Below, one piece after another: positions 37,634-52,400 of a stretch of DNA of 64,000 nucleotides. Below the pieces are notes generated by a model. It was not told where the DNA came from, did no database searches, and saw only the letters and a program-made list of their open reading frames with translations. The stretch lies in the NCBI GenBank assembly GCA_001643675.2, contig LSRY02000047.1, positions 496,001 through 560,000 on the forward strand. Reading direction: 5' to 3'. Within the stretch, counting starts at the first letter, position 1, and every line of letters starts with the position of its first letter. Origin of the DNA: Monocercomonoides exilis PA203 (taxonomy: Eukaryota; Protista; Preaxostyla). The position numbers were made by a program, and so were the translations under genes.

Positions 37634-39744
37634 ATTTTCACGAGCTTTTTGTTTTGAGTGTTTTGAGTTATATCATTGCTTATAAACTCAACTTTTTTTT
37701 ATTTTTGGATTTTTTTCTTTGTTTAACACTTCATTTTTTTATAACTTTTTCCATTTCCAGAAAAAATAGTCAAGCTTTCATGATTAAATATTATTTTTTC
37801 AAATTTTTGTTTGACTGTTTTGATTATGTAATCTTCAGATTCATAATTGGAAAAAATGCTCACGATTTTTTTATTCTAATGGAAAAGGCAAAATGTTCGA
37901 AATACAGTTTGTGCAAATAAATACCGGACAAGATTGTTTTCTCAATAACCACTCAAAGAGAAAATCTGATAATATTCCTCTTTTCATATCTTAACAATAC
38001 TAACTTACATGAGGGAAAATATTTAGATTCAAGCGTTTTCATAGAAATATTATGTACTTTTCATTGAATTTTTAAGATCAAAGAACACAATAAAAATGGT
38101 CCTATTTTTTGACATTCATGAAATGTTGGATAACTTTGTGTTTTGATTTCAACGATACCTGTGTGCAGATATGAAAATCAAATTTATTTTGAAATCTGAG
38201 AAAGCTTAGTAGTGTTATAAGAAAAACAATTTTTTCTTGCTTTGTGCATAAAAAGCTTGAAAGTCCATATTTCCCCCCATATTTGTTTATCCACACATCT
38301 TATGTCGATATTGAAAATGATTTAAAATTTTTCGATAATCCCATTGAGATAAAAATTCTGATCAAAACTCAAACAAAAGTATAATTTCAAAAAGGATCAG
38401 CCATTCATTATTTAATATTCAAAATTGGTTAACTTCTTGTTCGAAATTTCTAAAATGGGTCATTCTTTTTGAAAAGTCGCTTAAGTTAAATTTTTGTGTG
38501 TTAACAAAATTGTTCATTTTTTAACCAATTTTGACTTTAAATACAAAATACTATATTTCATACGAATCTGTATACACAAGTCTATTTGATGTGAGAAAAA
38601 GAGCATGCTTGAGAAATCTGATTGATTTAATGCAAAAAATGATCAAATAAAGAACATTTTTATACTTCCCAAAGATTTAACATTTACGACTTTTCAAAAT
38701 GAATGACATAAATTTATATTTTTTTAATGAAATTCTTTGTGAAAAATTGGTTTTTGGCTGAGAATCGGCAAGTGCTAAAAATAATAGAATTTTTCGTTAT
38801 TAATAAAAAGGATGAGAATTTGAACCCCGATTATTATTATTTGTGAATAAACAAAAAAATTCTGATTTTTCAGATAATAGTCATCATCCTTGAAATCGGA
38901 TAATTTTCAAATGAATTCATTTTATATTTAAAGATTATCAAAAATGCAATCAACAAATGTTATTTAATCAAAAGTTTATTCAGATGAATAACAAAAAGCA
39001 ATTGAAGAATTTTGAAGATTCATTAACAGATTTATGCAATTGTGAAAAATATTTGTTTTTTGTTTGAAAAATTGAAACAAATAGTTTTTCTTTTTATATA
39101 GGGGAAAATATGGACTTTCAAGCTTTTTATGCACAAAGCAAGAAAAAATTGTTTTTCTTATAACACTACTAAGCTTTCTCAGATTTCAAAATAAATTTGA
39201 TTTTCATATCTGCACACAGGTATCGTTGAAATCAAAACACAAAGTTATCCAACATTTCATGAATGTCAAAAAATAGGACCATTTTTATTGTGTTCTTTGA
39301 TCTTAAAAATTCAATGAAAAGTACATAATATTTCTATGAAAACGCTTGAATCTAAATATTTTCCCTCATGTAAGTTAGTATTGTTAAGATATGAAAAGAG
39401 GAATATTATCAGATTTTCTCTTTGAGTGGTTATTGAGAAAACAATCTTGTCCGGTATTTATTTGCACAAACTGTATTTCGAACATTTTGCCTTTTCCATT
39501 AGAATAAAAAAATCGTGAGCATTTTTTCCAATTATGAATCTGAAGATTACATAATCAAAACAGTCAAACAAAAATTTGAAAAAATAATATTTAATCATGA
39601 AAGCTTGACTATTTTTTCTGGAAATGGAAAAAGTTATAAAAAAATGAAGTGTTAAACAAAGAAAAAAATCCAAAAATAAAAAAAAGTTGAGTTTATAAGC
39701 AATGATATAACTCAAAACACTCAAAACAAAAAGCTCGTGAAAAT

Positions 39745-39937
39745 ATGAGTAAGTCTTTGATCTAAAAAATAAAACAAAAAATACCAGATCTTTTTTCTAA
39801 AATTGAAAAATAAAAAAAAAATTTCAGGAATAGCACCTCCTGTGCTAAACCTTCCAATGAAGAAGGTGAAAAAATTGAAGAGGAAGAGAAGATGTTCGGT
39901 TGTGACAAGGTCCCTGGTTGGCTTTGCTCCCCACTGA
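39745..39937 (+). CDS. Putative 37-aa spliced basic micro-ORF (copy 2), weakly eL41-like
   Basis: AAAAT-ATG-A|GTAAGT (intron 39749-39827, ending TTTCAG)|GA ATA GCA... gives MRIAPPVLNLPMKKVKKLKRKRRCSVVTRSLVGFAPH*. Exon 2 is a GC-richer island in AT-rich DNA. Confidence 0.4.
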
Positions 39938-40471
39938 ACTAAATTGCAGCCTCAGCCGACGGCGTAAGTCCAACAATCGGAGGGAATTGTGAAATTGACA
40001 TCATTGATCAAATGTGGCGACTGACCCAAAAATTGTGGCGTCTCTCAAACAAGAGAATGAATTGATGAAACACTTTCTTTTTTAAAAAAGAAAAAAAGTC
40101 ATGCAAAAATTTAGTTGTGTGAAGAATATTTCTAACTCACGAACTATTTCAATTAAAAATTGAATGTCATTTGTCTTGCCAATTCAGAAGTGAAGAATAG
40201 GCTTGACATAATGCAAGAAAATTTATTTCCAAAGCAAAAATCAACAATTTCATTTTTTTTAAAAAAAATATTCATTTAAAAAAATTTGCTAAAAAGTCAA
40301 CTGAAAATTGATAAATGCACAGCAATCAATTGTTTGCATTTTTCAAAATATCCTCTAACCTTTTTCCTAATGGAATCTTACCCAGAATAATTCCGAAATT
40401 TCTAGAGGTTAATCCAAAAAAGCTCAAATATAACAAATTCTTTGGAGCCATTGCAAAAAAGTCTGGAGTGT

Positions 40472-43400
40472 TCAAAAATATCTTTGATTTGATTTGCAAC
40501 TTGTTCTCGAGTAGCGTAAGCTGTCACCTGCGATACAGTCATAAGATACTGCATCAGAAACATTGGGTATTGTTGCGTTCGAAGGAAAACGTTGGATAAA
40601 TTCTTTTTTCAGATCCTTGAGCGATGGTCTTTTTTCAGGTCTCACACACAACGAGCTTTTAGCCACTTTCGCAAGCTCTGACTCAACCACATTTTGGAAT
40701 TGCGGTCTTTCTCCATTAGCAATTTTCTGTCCTGCAGTTGCTGCTTCATATTCTCCAAATGGGATCTGAAGAGACAAGCACTCCCACAGCATCATCCCTA
40801 TCGAGAATGAGACAGATTCTTTTGTCGCTCCCATCTTCTTGTTGATCAACAGTTCTGGCGCCTTCCACCTCATGCACTCCTTTTTGAAATCATTCTCATC
40901 CTCAAAAGCCGATGAAGGAAGGGAGTCCTCTTCATCATCATCACTTGCAGACGTCGCAACAGTTGATGAAGATATCGACGAAGAATCCGAATCAGAATCG
41001 AAGAAGCAATCAGAATGCATAGCAATGCAAATAACCATGTGTTCGGAGAACAGCACAATGTGCGGACTCAGATCGGCAAGAGAAGATAATTCATTTTCCA
41101 TTTCATCAAACGAGTGAAGAGCGAGATTGGCCACCCAGAACAGGATTTGAGCAGCTGTCATCTCTCTTTCTTTCAAGGTGCCAATCGGCATCTCTTTTGT
41201 CTTATTCAGCCCATGAAGCAGCATGAACAACGAATCCCTCAGATCTACAATCAGCTTCTCGTGAGGAGACGAGCAAGCCATTGCATCCACCAGATTCGAC
41301 ATGGACGAGGTGGTTGGACACTCGTCTTCAATCCTCACAAATGTTGTTGTGGCATCATTCATCGAGTTTAAAAATTGAGGAGAAAGTGGAGGAGTCGGAG
41401 AGTCTCCGCAAAACGATGGGGGATTATTGTTTTTTCCTGAAATTTCATCATTTATCATCCTTATTGAAATGCCTCTTGAATCCAAATTGTTGAGTAATTG
41501 TGCAGAGCTTGTTTCATCGACCAAGTGCTGTTGTGATTCAGAGCGCACCACAGGTTGGTACTTCAATACTGTTGAACACTTTTTTGTTGGCTCATATTTT
41601 TCTCCTTCAGAATAATCTTCATAACTTTCTGGTAAAATCCCCATAGTCACCATTTCGAACGCCACATTTCCTTCATCTGTCATTTCGCTCTCTTTGAACG
41701 AACTATCATATTCTTTCAATTTCTGTTTTTCCCTCGCTGCCTGATTGCTGATAAGCTTCACAACTACTCCCGCTCCAACTATCACCCCAATAACAATTAT
41801 AATCATTGCAATCAGTAAACATGACTTCCAATCCAAGTTTCCTTCTGCATCTCTAAAAGATTGCTGCTGTTTTCTTTGAAGCTTCTGATCTTCTTCAGTT
41901 TGAATGTCTGATTCCTTATCTTTTTCACTTTCTTGTTCATGTGCTGGAGAAGATCCATTTTTTATTGTAATAGATTTTGTGCTGATGGGAGCTGTGAGGC
42001 TGCCATTCAAAATCGCTACTGACACTTCTACTTCTTCTGACGTCGAAGCTATTGTTTCAATCGGCACGTTTGTCCAAATCTCTGTTTCAGATATAAAGTT
42101 TGTTAAATCAAAATTGTTCCGTTCCAAACGACTCAGCGTTTTGAAGGTTTATATTAAATTGTATGACAGATTACATGGAAGAAGAAGATTACCTATAAAG
42201 TGTAATGTGACATATCCAGATGTCTCATATGAACAGTGCACAGAATCTAGTGTTGCAATATAATATGGAGATAACCGATCCTTTGCAATGCCTTCAAGTT
42301 CGCATCCCTCATTCAAAATCCAAAGCGAAGTGTTTGATTGCCGTCCATCTCCTCTTTTCAAGCTTTCTACGTTTAGTTCACCGAATTCAGAGCAATGCAT
42401 GTTTCTCCTTGCTGATCTGTAATTGTTCACTTCGGCTTTAATGTCTGTAAACTCGCATTCTTCTATTAAAGTTTTCCCGCCTTTCACAGTAAGCCCTCCT
42501 TCTTGTGCATTTGTCAGTGTCGAATCTCTAATTTTCACAGAACTATCCTCTGCAGAAATAAGCCATCCATCCCATTCACACAACTCTTCATAGATATTTT
42601 TTGAATTCTTTCGTAACAAGTTTGCCTCATTCTTCTTACCATTAAATATACATCCATTAATCTCAACATTCGAGCATTTGCTAACACAAATGATTCTTCC
42701 TTCTTTATTTCCAGCATTACATCCTTGAATCGAGCAGTTCTCAAGCAGTATTGGATGCAAAATCCCATTTGCTCAATCATAGCAATCTCACAGGAATTTG
42801 AGCTAATGTTTGCCATTGACAATGACGCAAGATTGAGCATTGTATTTTGGATTGCATGCAAAGACGAATCTATGGATTCTGTAACCTTTACGTATGAGCC
42901 TGAATCCACTTTGGAATTTTCTATCCTAATCTCCTTTAGCGACACTGCCGCGTTGTCCGAAAACATCAGTCCTTCTTTTCCTTCGATATTTAGGATATGC
43001 AATCCAGTCAGCTCTACCATGCACTCCCGACATTCCACAAATCTAACAATATTCGCATCAGTAACACTCACATTCAATATCTTGAGACTTCCTCCAATAC
43101 ACTCCATAATTTTTGGAGCAATTTCTCCCCCTCCTCTCCCTGTTCCACTCACTTTGCAACTTCTCATTGTCAAAAGCCCCTCTTTCGATGCCACAATGCA
43201 TCCATAAGATGATTTTTTCAACCCTTCAATCCACATCCAAATCAACTCAATAATAACATTTCCTCTTGCGCAAATCGCGAAATCTCTGTTCTTCTCTGCT
43301 TTCTTTAAGGAATTTCCATCTTCGCTACCAAAACAGATTTTCCCATACTCCGAATTTACTGATCGTAGTGTCATTTCCTCCAATATTGTAGGCCCATTCA

Positions 43401-46400
43401 AACTGCTTTCACCATCAATCCCAAGCACAACAAACAGAGTTCCACACAAATGGCTCGCTCCATATTCAACTGTTGCACATGGCCGATCTGCAGCACCGCA
43501 TTGCCTTTCATCAGCCCCATAACTTATTTCTCCACCACTGCAGTTGCATCTTCCTGAAACAATGATTGTACGAGATTTAAACACACTGATGAACTTCATT
43601 AAATCAACATCAGCACCTACATGCTCAGTCTTGTCTGTTCCGCAAATAGAATCATCTCTAAGCATGCTTATCCCTTCAGCATTCAATTCGAATTGGTTCT
43701 CATTGATTTGCTTTTCAATGTTAATGCAAGACACAAATATATCTTTTCCTTTCCATCCCATATTACCTTCAAACAGACAATTCCTGAAAACAAACTTCAA
43801 AGCACCTTCTTCCTCGCTTTCCACAAACATTCCTCCTCCTTTTCCGTACTCTATATTGCATCCGCACGCACGCACTGAGCACTCCTCTAATTGTAGCTCC
43901 CCTCCCACATTAAGTTTCATCCTACCCATTCCTCCTTTCTCCGAATCCTGTGCCAAACATCCTTCAAATATACACTTTTTCACTGTTGCACACATTCCAG
44001 TGCTTTGGCCTACACTTTTCATTATGCTGCATCCTTTTCCTGTCTTTTTCACGTCGCTGAATGAACATTCATCAAGTTCAATAATCGTTTTCAATTCGCT
44101 AAGCATGTCTTTTTCTTTCTTTTCATTTCTTTTGTTTTCAATTTCATCAACAACATTTATGATGCAATTTTCCTCGAGTTTCACTTCATCAACTTTTATT
44201 TCCTTCATGTTCACATAGCATCCAGCAACAATCTCGAACAATCCCCTATTCACTCTCACATCCTCCACAACAACATAAAATGCATGGAACATTCCTTTCC
44301 GCAAGAGTACAAGTCCACACTTCCACCATCCTCCACCTTCGCCCCTCTTTCCAAACTGGCACTTGTCCATTTCAATTTCATTTCCTTCACTAATAATCAG
44401 CCAGCCTTCTCCATTATCCATCGCCTGCTCTTCTCTCATTCTTATGGATTTCATACAAAACTTACCAAAATTTCTGAGCAATCCTCCTGATGAAGCATCT
44501 CCATATGCATTTTCACTACAAAACACTATGCATGATATTCCCTCATTTGCTTGCTCCAAGTTCTTTTCCCACTGCTCCATCTTCACGTTGCTAACATTAT
44601 TTTCTTCTTCCACAATTATTGTTCCACAAATTTTTAATTCTTTTTCTTCTGCTTGCTTGTCCATTTGCTTCAATCCTCTCCTCATGGACTTGCACGGATC
44701 TTCGCTCATCCCGCATCTTTGAATGTCCAATCCATAATCGCTCACAAACACTATTGAAGAGCGAAATTCAACTACAAACCTCAATAAATCCGTGTCCGTA
44801 AGCGTCAAATCACTTCCAGAATACAGAAAATCGCTTGAACCATCAGTTTCCTCTTCAAATTTCAATGTGCTACTGCTTACAGACTGATTAAGATCGCGGG
44901 CTCGAACAAATAAATTCTTCCCGAGAAATGCTCCATTCTGCTCAAACATTAAGCCTTCAAGCACAAATGGCTCGCTTTTACGAGCATCTTCACAATTGAT
45001 AAACGCCGCTCCTCCTCTTCCTTCTTCTTCTGAGCATTGACATCTCTTGAGCTCCAAATCCTTCATGGCCACCGTTTCTTCATAATGGATAATCACCTTC
45101 ATTGCTCCACCTTCTGCACTCTTTCTGCATCCCACTCCTTCAAATGAACATTTTTCCATCACTGCACTGCATCCAATTATCATTCCCACAACCCCACATT
45201 TCTCGTCTGATATTTGCCACCCAATGACTGTTATCAGCCCTCTTTCGCATCTCACAATACAGAACGACAACTCTTCTTTTTCTACACTCCTAAAGCTGCA
45301 GTTTTCCAGTCTCAGTTCGATACCCAGAGACCCAATTAAGGTCTCACATCCACTTGGAAGAATGCGCTCCACACAAAAATAAATCCTCTCAAACTCTGCA
45401 AATCCGTTATTTTCAAGAACAATCAAGCTTTTTCTTTCCTCTTCCACTCCTTTTTTTACGTTCACTACACAGCACTCCTCACTCACTGACGTTATAACAA
45501 ATCCTGTTATTTCATGAACATCTTCAATCCAAGTACTTCCTTCAATATTAATTGCATTTAAACCACTCTTTTTTATTGTATTCCTCATCCCTCTCCAAAA
45601 CGATTTGCGTGGATACTCAACCACACCACACCCAGCCATGTCAACGCCATGCTCGCTAACTGCCACTTCTTCTAGCTTAGCTTCTTCTACAAGAAAGTAC
45701 AATTCAACAACAACTTCGCCCCAATCCCTCCAGCTGCATCCCTTCATGTCAATACATCTATTCCCATCTTCGTCAAACAACTCCAATCGAACACTCTCTT
45801 CATTAACAATCTTGCACAACTCCTCGCTCTCAATAAACATATCTCTCCCGCAACTGGCTTTGTTATTCTTAAAACGGACTTTCACAATCTCAAATACATC
45901 AATCTTTTTATTGATCGTTTTCAACTCTTTTTCCACTTCTTCAGATCCTTCATACACATATAGCCCTCCACCCCTTCCACAGTCTTCACTCACGCAGCAC
46001 TTTTCTATTGTGATATGATTCACCACAAACTTTTCAACTGTTTCGCTCTTCACTTTCACCATTTTCACAACTCCTCCATTTGCAGCTCCTCCATCATACT
46101 CCTCAAATGAACTGTTCCGCCCAATCTCAACTTTCGCTCCTCCTTCAACTTCAACAATATGCCCATTTGAAGCTTTGCATCCTCGTACGCTAACATTCAT
46201 CAGGATGAAGCTTGATCCTGATCCACACATCAACAGCCTCTTTCCATCTGTTTTCACATCTTTTGCTGTCCATCTATCTAATTCCAATTTGCCTCCTTCA
46301 TTCACAATCACAATGCCCATTTCCTCTTTCATATTCATCTCATACGTCGTAATTCCTGTTATGAGCATTTCTCCTCTCTCTGTAACTTTTGCAATCCATT

Positions 46401-49400
46401 GATTCGTTTCCCCTCCTGGATTGCATTTAAATGCGCATTCATCCACATTTGATCGACCGCCATTCACACATATCAAGCATTCTCTTCTTTCTCCTTCCAG
46501 CACAAACTCAAGATACTGCAACCTTAACACTCCTTCATCTTCCCTCCCAGATGAACAGAACCTTCCATCTTTGTCTACCGCCAACAAACATTTCTCTTTC
46601 GCGGACTTTCCTCTTACGCACAACTCTTTCCCATTTCTATCTATCTCTTCTGTAAGTTTATTCGAATTGTTGAGATACATTGTTTTTTGCCCTTCGCTCA
46701 TCATTGTTAACCCCACACCAAGTTCTGCACAAGGAGAATATTTGTATCCACACTTTTCTGCTGCTTCAATCCCACTCATAACATACAGTGTATCTGTCTC
46801 CTGTGGATTCAGAAATTCAACCAAAGACACATTAGTAACAGCTTCTGGCCATTTGTCAACAACCCACATCATCTCCTCTGCCTCATTCTCTTTCACACAG
46901 CCTTCCCAAAGATTAGCAGCAACCATTTTATGAGGCAATTCACAAACCAAAAACACATTTTTCCCAAGCCATGCTCTGTTTCCATCAAAAGCATTATTCT
47001 GCATTGAATACGCCACATCTGCATCAGCAAACTCAATATGCATCCCTCCTCCAATCCCTGCTCTTTCATTGACAAAGCATCCTTCAATTCTATTTTCCTG
47101 AAATATCATTTCTCCTCCGCTTTCCATTTTTATTTTAATTCCACCTCCCTTTCTTTCTCCTTCACCCATGCATCCGCATCTTCCAAATGAACACTTCTTT
47201 ACAGACAAACTCTTCCACCATCCAACAATGCCTGCTTCCCCTCTCCATCTCCTCCTTCTTTTTCAATTCCCTTCAATGTCATATTCTCAATCTTAACCTC
47301 TCTCGATTCTTCAATACAGATAGCGCTGCATTTCCCATCTCTCCATTCTCCGATATATGTATTCGTTGCAGCAATGCTGCTGTCTCCACTTGCCCATAGT
47401 ATTCCCTTTTCACTATCGCATCCAGTTCCACTCCATATGCATTCGTCCATCTCACAAGAACACTCGCTTCCACAAACCGCGATAACAGCTCTTTCAATCC
47501 ATTTTATTCCATTCATTTCCACGCGCTTCAAAACGAGCTTCCCCTTTGTTCCTCGAGAAAATCCACAACTTGCCTCTCCTTCAAAGCAACTGACTTTGCA
47601 ATCAGTCAGATGCAAACTCTCGTCGATCCATGCAAAAACATATTTATTCTTCAAAGCATTCAAGCACTTCACTCTTATCAACATGTTTTGAAATATTACT
47701 TCTTTTCCTGTTTCCACAAACCCTTCTTCGCCTTCTTTGAATTCTTCACTTGCTCCGCCATCTTCCTGTTGCACATCACAGAAAAACATCACTGGAATTG
47801 AGCAATCAGAAGCTGCAAAGCACATTGCTTGACTCTTTCGTATCAAAGGCTTGCATATGCTGAACGATGGAAGAAATGAAATAACAGCCATTTCTTCCAT
47901 TTCAAACCTCGCTTTTCCTCCATGCTCCAGACTTTTACATGGATAATCTTTGTATCCACAAAACTTATTGTCTGCCCCCTCTTCTCCAACAAAGCACGTC
48001 CCACAGAACTCTCGAAGGGCTACAACCAACGGGACTATTTCTCTGTCAACATCCAGTTCTCCTTCTTCATTTGCCTCACTTCCACTCAACTCATCCAATT
48101 CTGGCTTTTCTTCAACCAATAACTTAAACTCAAAATTCATTGACTTGTTCTGCACAATACTTGCTATATCGCTGCACAAGACAAATACGTTTTTGCCTTT
48201 CCAAGCATCGCAATGTTCAAATTCAACACTTGTTAACTTCATTCCAGATCCTCTTCCTTTGCACCTTATAAACATCCCTCCTCCAACACTTTTTCCTCTG
48301 TCTGACACCTCTCCTCCGGCTTTGCATTCGCGAAACCTGCATCCGCTCACTTCAACAGTAACTCCCTCTTCTCCACATAGTCGCACTCCTCCTCCCATCC
48401 CTTGTTCTCCATCAGCTCTGCACACTTCAAATGTGCATTTTTCCACTCTCAACTCACTGTCTTTTTCAATGCAACTGATTGCAATCCACGCTCCATCTCT
48501 CTCTGCATGCGATATATTCATGAAGTCGCAGTTTTCAATTGTCACGCCGCTCGATCTTATAATCTCAACAAGCGGTGTTGTTCCGATCTTCGTCACAAAA
48601 TATCCAGCCCCGCTGATGCTCAAATTCTTCACAATGACTTTTCCCCCATCTGCAATCACAAAAGAGTAATTCACTTCTCTTCCGTTCTTCATCTTCACAA
48701 AGCAGTCTTCCATCCTTAACAGAAAAGTTGATTTTATCAACGAATTTCGAGAATTCTTCAAAAAGCACGGAACTTTTCAGGTCAAATTTACAACCTCAAG
48801 TGCAATTGTCGTCATCATAAACGATTCGGCATCGTTTTCGTTTCCATCTTCGTCAGTGATCATTACCTCTGTCTCTTTCTCCTTGCTTGAAAATCAAAAC
48901 ACTGTTTCTTCAATCTGATGCAGGGGTGCACTGAACATAAGCGGGGTATCCAGTGCAGATCGATGGCTTACACAAACTTCATTTCTCTGTGCTTCAAGGA
49001 CCATGAAATGCAACCTCATTACAGTGTGTATTGTTGAACACGGAGCGACTGAGTATCCGCATCCATTAAAATCTCCTCCAACCTCTCCATCTACAAATCC
49101 TTTGCCACTCATGTTCTCCCATTGATAGACAACCAATGGGACAGCAAACCCAACTCCTGTGGTATTTCTCTCCCAGCCACATGCCTCGCTCAACGATTCG
49201 AGCTCCTCCCTTCTTATTCCCAAGCTCAGATATTTTGTTTCCACAACTCATTCGAGCGTTTGTGCTGACACAAATATGTTTGATCCCTTCCACTCTTTGC
49301 AGTTATTATAACTCGATTTTCTAACATAAAACTTTTCACAGTTATCTTCTATCTCCAAAAATATTCCTCCTCCATATCCTCTGCTTCCTCTTTCCGCCAC

Positions 49401-52400
49401 TTCATTTTGCTCATCATTCCATTCTGGAACTGTGCAATCCTTAAAAACGACATCATTTATTGTTAGCTCCTGCCCGCCACTTATTGTGACAAAAATTCCT
49501 CCTCCTTTAAGTTCACTCCCTCTCACACATTGACCTGTCAACGTGCAATTCTCAATCCTCACATTCCTTCCTTCTTCATTTCCGCTTCCAATGTCCACAC
49601 ATCCACCATTCCCTTCAACTCTTTTTGTTCCATCAAATGTGCTTTTTTCAATCACTATATCCTTCCAGTTTTTGCAAGTTATTGCGGATCTCTCTGTGAA
49701 TCTGACATCCTCTTCAAATGAAAATTCGCTCAAATACAGCTCGCCCCCTTGAACACGGATTATTCCTATATCCAATTCGCTTTCACTTCCGCTATCTCTC
49801 TCCCAGAGAGTAATGTGGCACTTTCTTGCCGTCAGAGAAACAACAGAAATTATAAAAGCTTCTTTCACTTGCATTATTGTGCTTTTGAGCATAAACGACA
49901 GACTATCAAATTCAACTCCAGAATGGCACGATATCACTCCATTTTCACCAAAGTATTGCACAAAAATTACCTCAATTCCCTTTCTTTCGTTTTGTGAGAA
50001 TACTTTCATCGCATACGCAGACACCGATATCGGACTTATAATTGAAGTATTTGAAATAATGGAAATCTCATTCAGGCTTCCACTTGCCCGTTTTTTCACA
50101 CAGAAATCTATTGTCAAGCATGCAAATAGAGCATGTCCACTGTGAGAATGATCAACTCCACTATTTCCATCCACACACAACGGAAGATGAAATGCTTCTC
50201 CAAAAACAAACAGAGGGATTACAGGCACATCTGCTCCATTTTCACTTCCACTCAGTTTGTTCGCATCTGTCGCCCAGACCCCTTTTCCAATAGATGCAAT
50301 TGACAAATTGCTGATTTTTGAACTCAAAAGCACACCTGACCCACACTTAACAAACAAGTCCCTCCCGATTCCGGCCTTATTATCCTTTTCTGTTGAAAAT
50401 TTCACTCTTTCTCCTATTCGAAACATGCACCGCTCGCTGATGGAATAAATCATCACCCCTCCTCCTTTACCCGTTCCATCGTTTCCTCTTCCTGAGCAAC
50501 ACCCTTCCAACACACTTGCTCCATTTATCGTTAATGTATCGTCTCCGTCAAGCTTGGCCCATATTCCTCCTCCACACCCAGCTTCTTCACTAGCAATGCT
50601 CTCAGAAATATTGCATCCATCTACCATAATCATCGCTCCCTCTTCGTCTTCCTCTTTCATTTTCCGTTCCACTTTCAAGCAGCCACCGTTTCCTGCTGTT
50701 TTTTCAATTCTAGAAAGCATGCACTGTTTCATCTCCACAATCATTGCATTATCACCGTTCACAAGCCCGCCTTCGCAAAATCTCATCATTCCTTTGCTTT
50801 CAAACTCCACAAGTCTCAGAATTCCTCCTTTAATGCAAACAACAAAATAATTAACATCTGCCAACACTGTATCTCCACTAGAGCTGTTTGTCGATACAGA
50901 ACATTTTGTCATCGTCAAATCACCCCCTTCAGGCATTCAATAACACTTTTCACACTCCTCAAACTTTGAGCAATGCAAAACCATATTGCATTTATACTTG
51001 CCCTTTCTTCAACAGAAATTATTCTCGACGAATGCAAATTATCTGGCTCAGTCACATTCATTTGTAAGTCTGATCCACTGCCCCATATTTCCCATTCCCA
51101 GTCTTTCATTTCAATTCCTTCTCTCAATTCATATCCTTCATCCACAGCAATCATCCTCTTTCCAGCATTAAATCGAACACTTGCTGCATACAGTATTGTT
51201 CTGCAAGGAAAGGACTCAAACCCGCAGAATGAGGCATCACTTCCTCCATATCCGCTCCCTGCAACCCTTCTTCCTCCAACATGGGCTAACCCCTTGAACT
51301 CAACAAAAAACACATTCAGCGGAAATGATACTCCACCATCAACATCTCTGTCAAACCCCACTAGATCTTCATAGAAATTCTCATCAAATTCAAATGCAAA
51401 CGATTTTCTGTTTATCATGCTTTCAGAAATTTCACTTCCCTTCACATATATATTTTTCCCACCTGCTCCTCCACAATTGCACTCCACAAACTTCAGATTG
51501 TCCAGCGCCAGCTCTCTTCCTCCTTTGCAAACATCCAAACATACTCCTCCACCTCCACCACTGCAGCTGCAATGTTCCATCTTTGTTTCAATTCCCATGC
51601 CTCCCACTTCCACACAACTGCTTATCTCCGTCATTTCAATCCACATTCCTCCTCCATCTCCAGCCATGCACGTGCATTCCACTATCGAGACATTCTGCAC
51701 TTGCAATCTCTCATCTGCTTCAATCCTCTTCGACAGCATAATACCTTCTCCTTCTGTGCGAGAAACATTCTCGACTGTTATATTCCCCACCTTGCTCATC
51801 AGAGTCTGTGCTGCTCCAGCCTCCAACAGCACTGGACCTGCAAGGCGCATTCTTGCAATTGTTACATCCTCCAAGTGCAATTGGCTTAAATACACAACAA
51901 ACACAGCACAAGCCATCACTCTGTCTTCAACGGCCCCAGACAGTGAAGAAGCTATGGACACATCCTTCGCACACACATTTCCATTCGGGGATGTCTGCTT
52001 GACCACAGATGGGGAAGGAACGCATTTCGATGTGTGATCGATGCTCAGTGATTGAAGCCACATATCCCCATCTGCAACACTTATCAGTGATTCTGCTTCC
52101 GCCTTCAATGCTTTTGTTTCAATCAAACTTGCTTCCTTCCCCATTCCTTCAATAATTATCTTTTTCGAGCCAATCTCAATTGCTGCTCTTTCACTCATGT
52201 GCCTTCCTTCCAAGATGATGACTCGGCTTTCAGTATCTCCTGTGCTCTGTTGAACTGCAAATCCAGCTGTCTTGCATGCAAGCACTTCCATTGCCCCACA
52301 CAACTCAAAATCGATTCCGTTTGTCCCAACATTATAAAATTGAATTAATGGCAGCCAGTCCTTTCTCTCTGTCTGCTCGTATGTTAATGATGATGACTTG

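Larger units (their letters stand above)
23053..38282 (+). repeat. Left arm of ~15.2-kb inverted duplication (giant palindrome)
   Basis: Reverse complement of 39097-54326. Paired coordinates sum to 77378-77380 throughout, and the ORF track repeats identically on opposite strands. Confidence 0.97.

Noticed and set aside
38283-39096. Palindrome spacer as a gene or recombinase-bearing invertible cassette
   Set aside because: Very AT-rich, with no ORF of 60 aa or more, no recognisable RNA gene and no recombinase nearby.
39935-40030. TGA followed by a possible SECIS-like hairpin (selenoprotein)
   Set aside because: The stem between GTGA and TGA pairs poorly, and the peptide context resembles no selenoprotein family.
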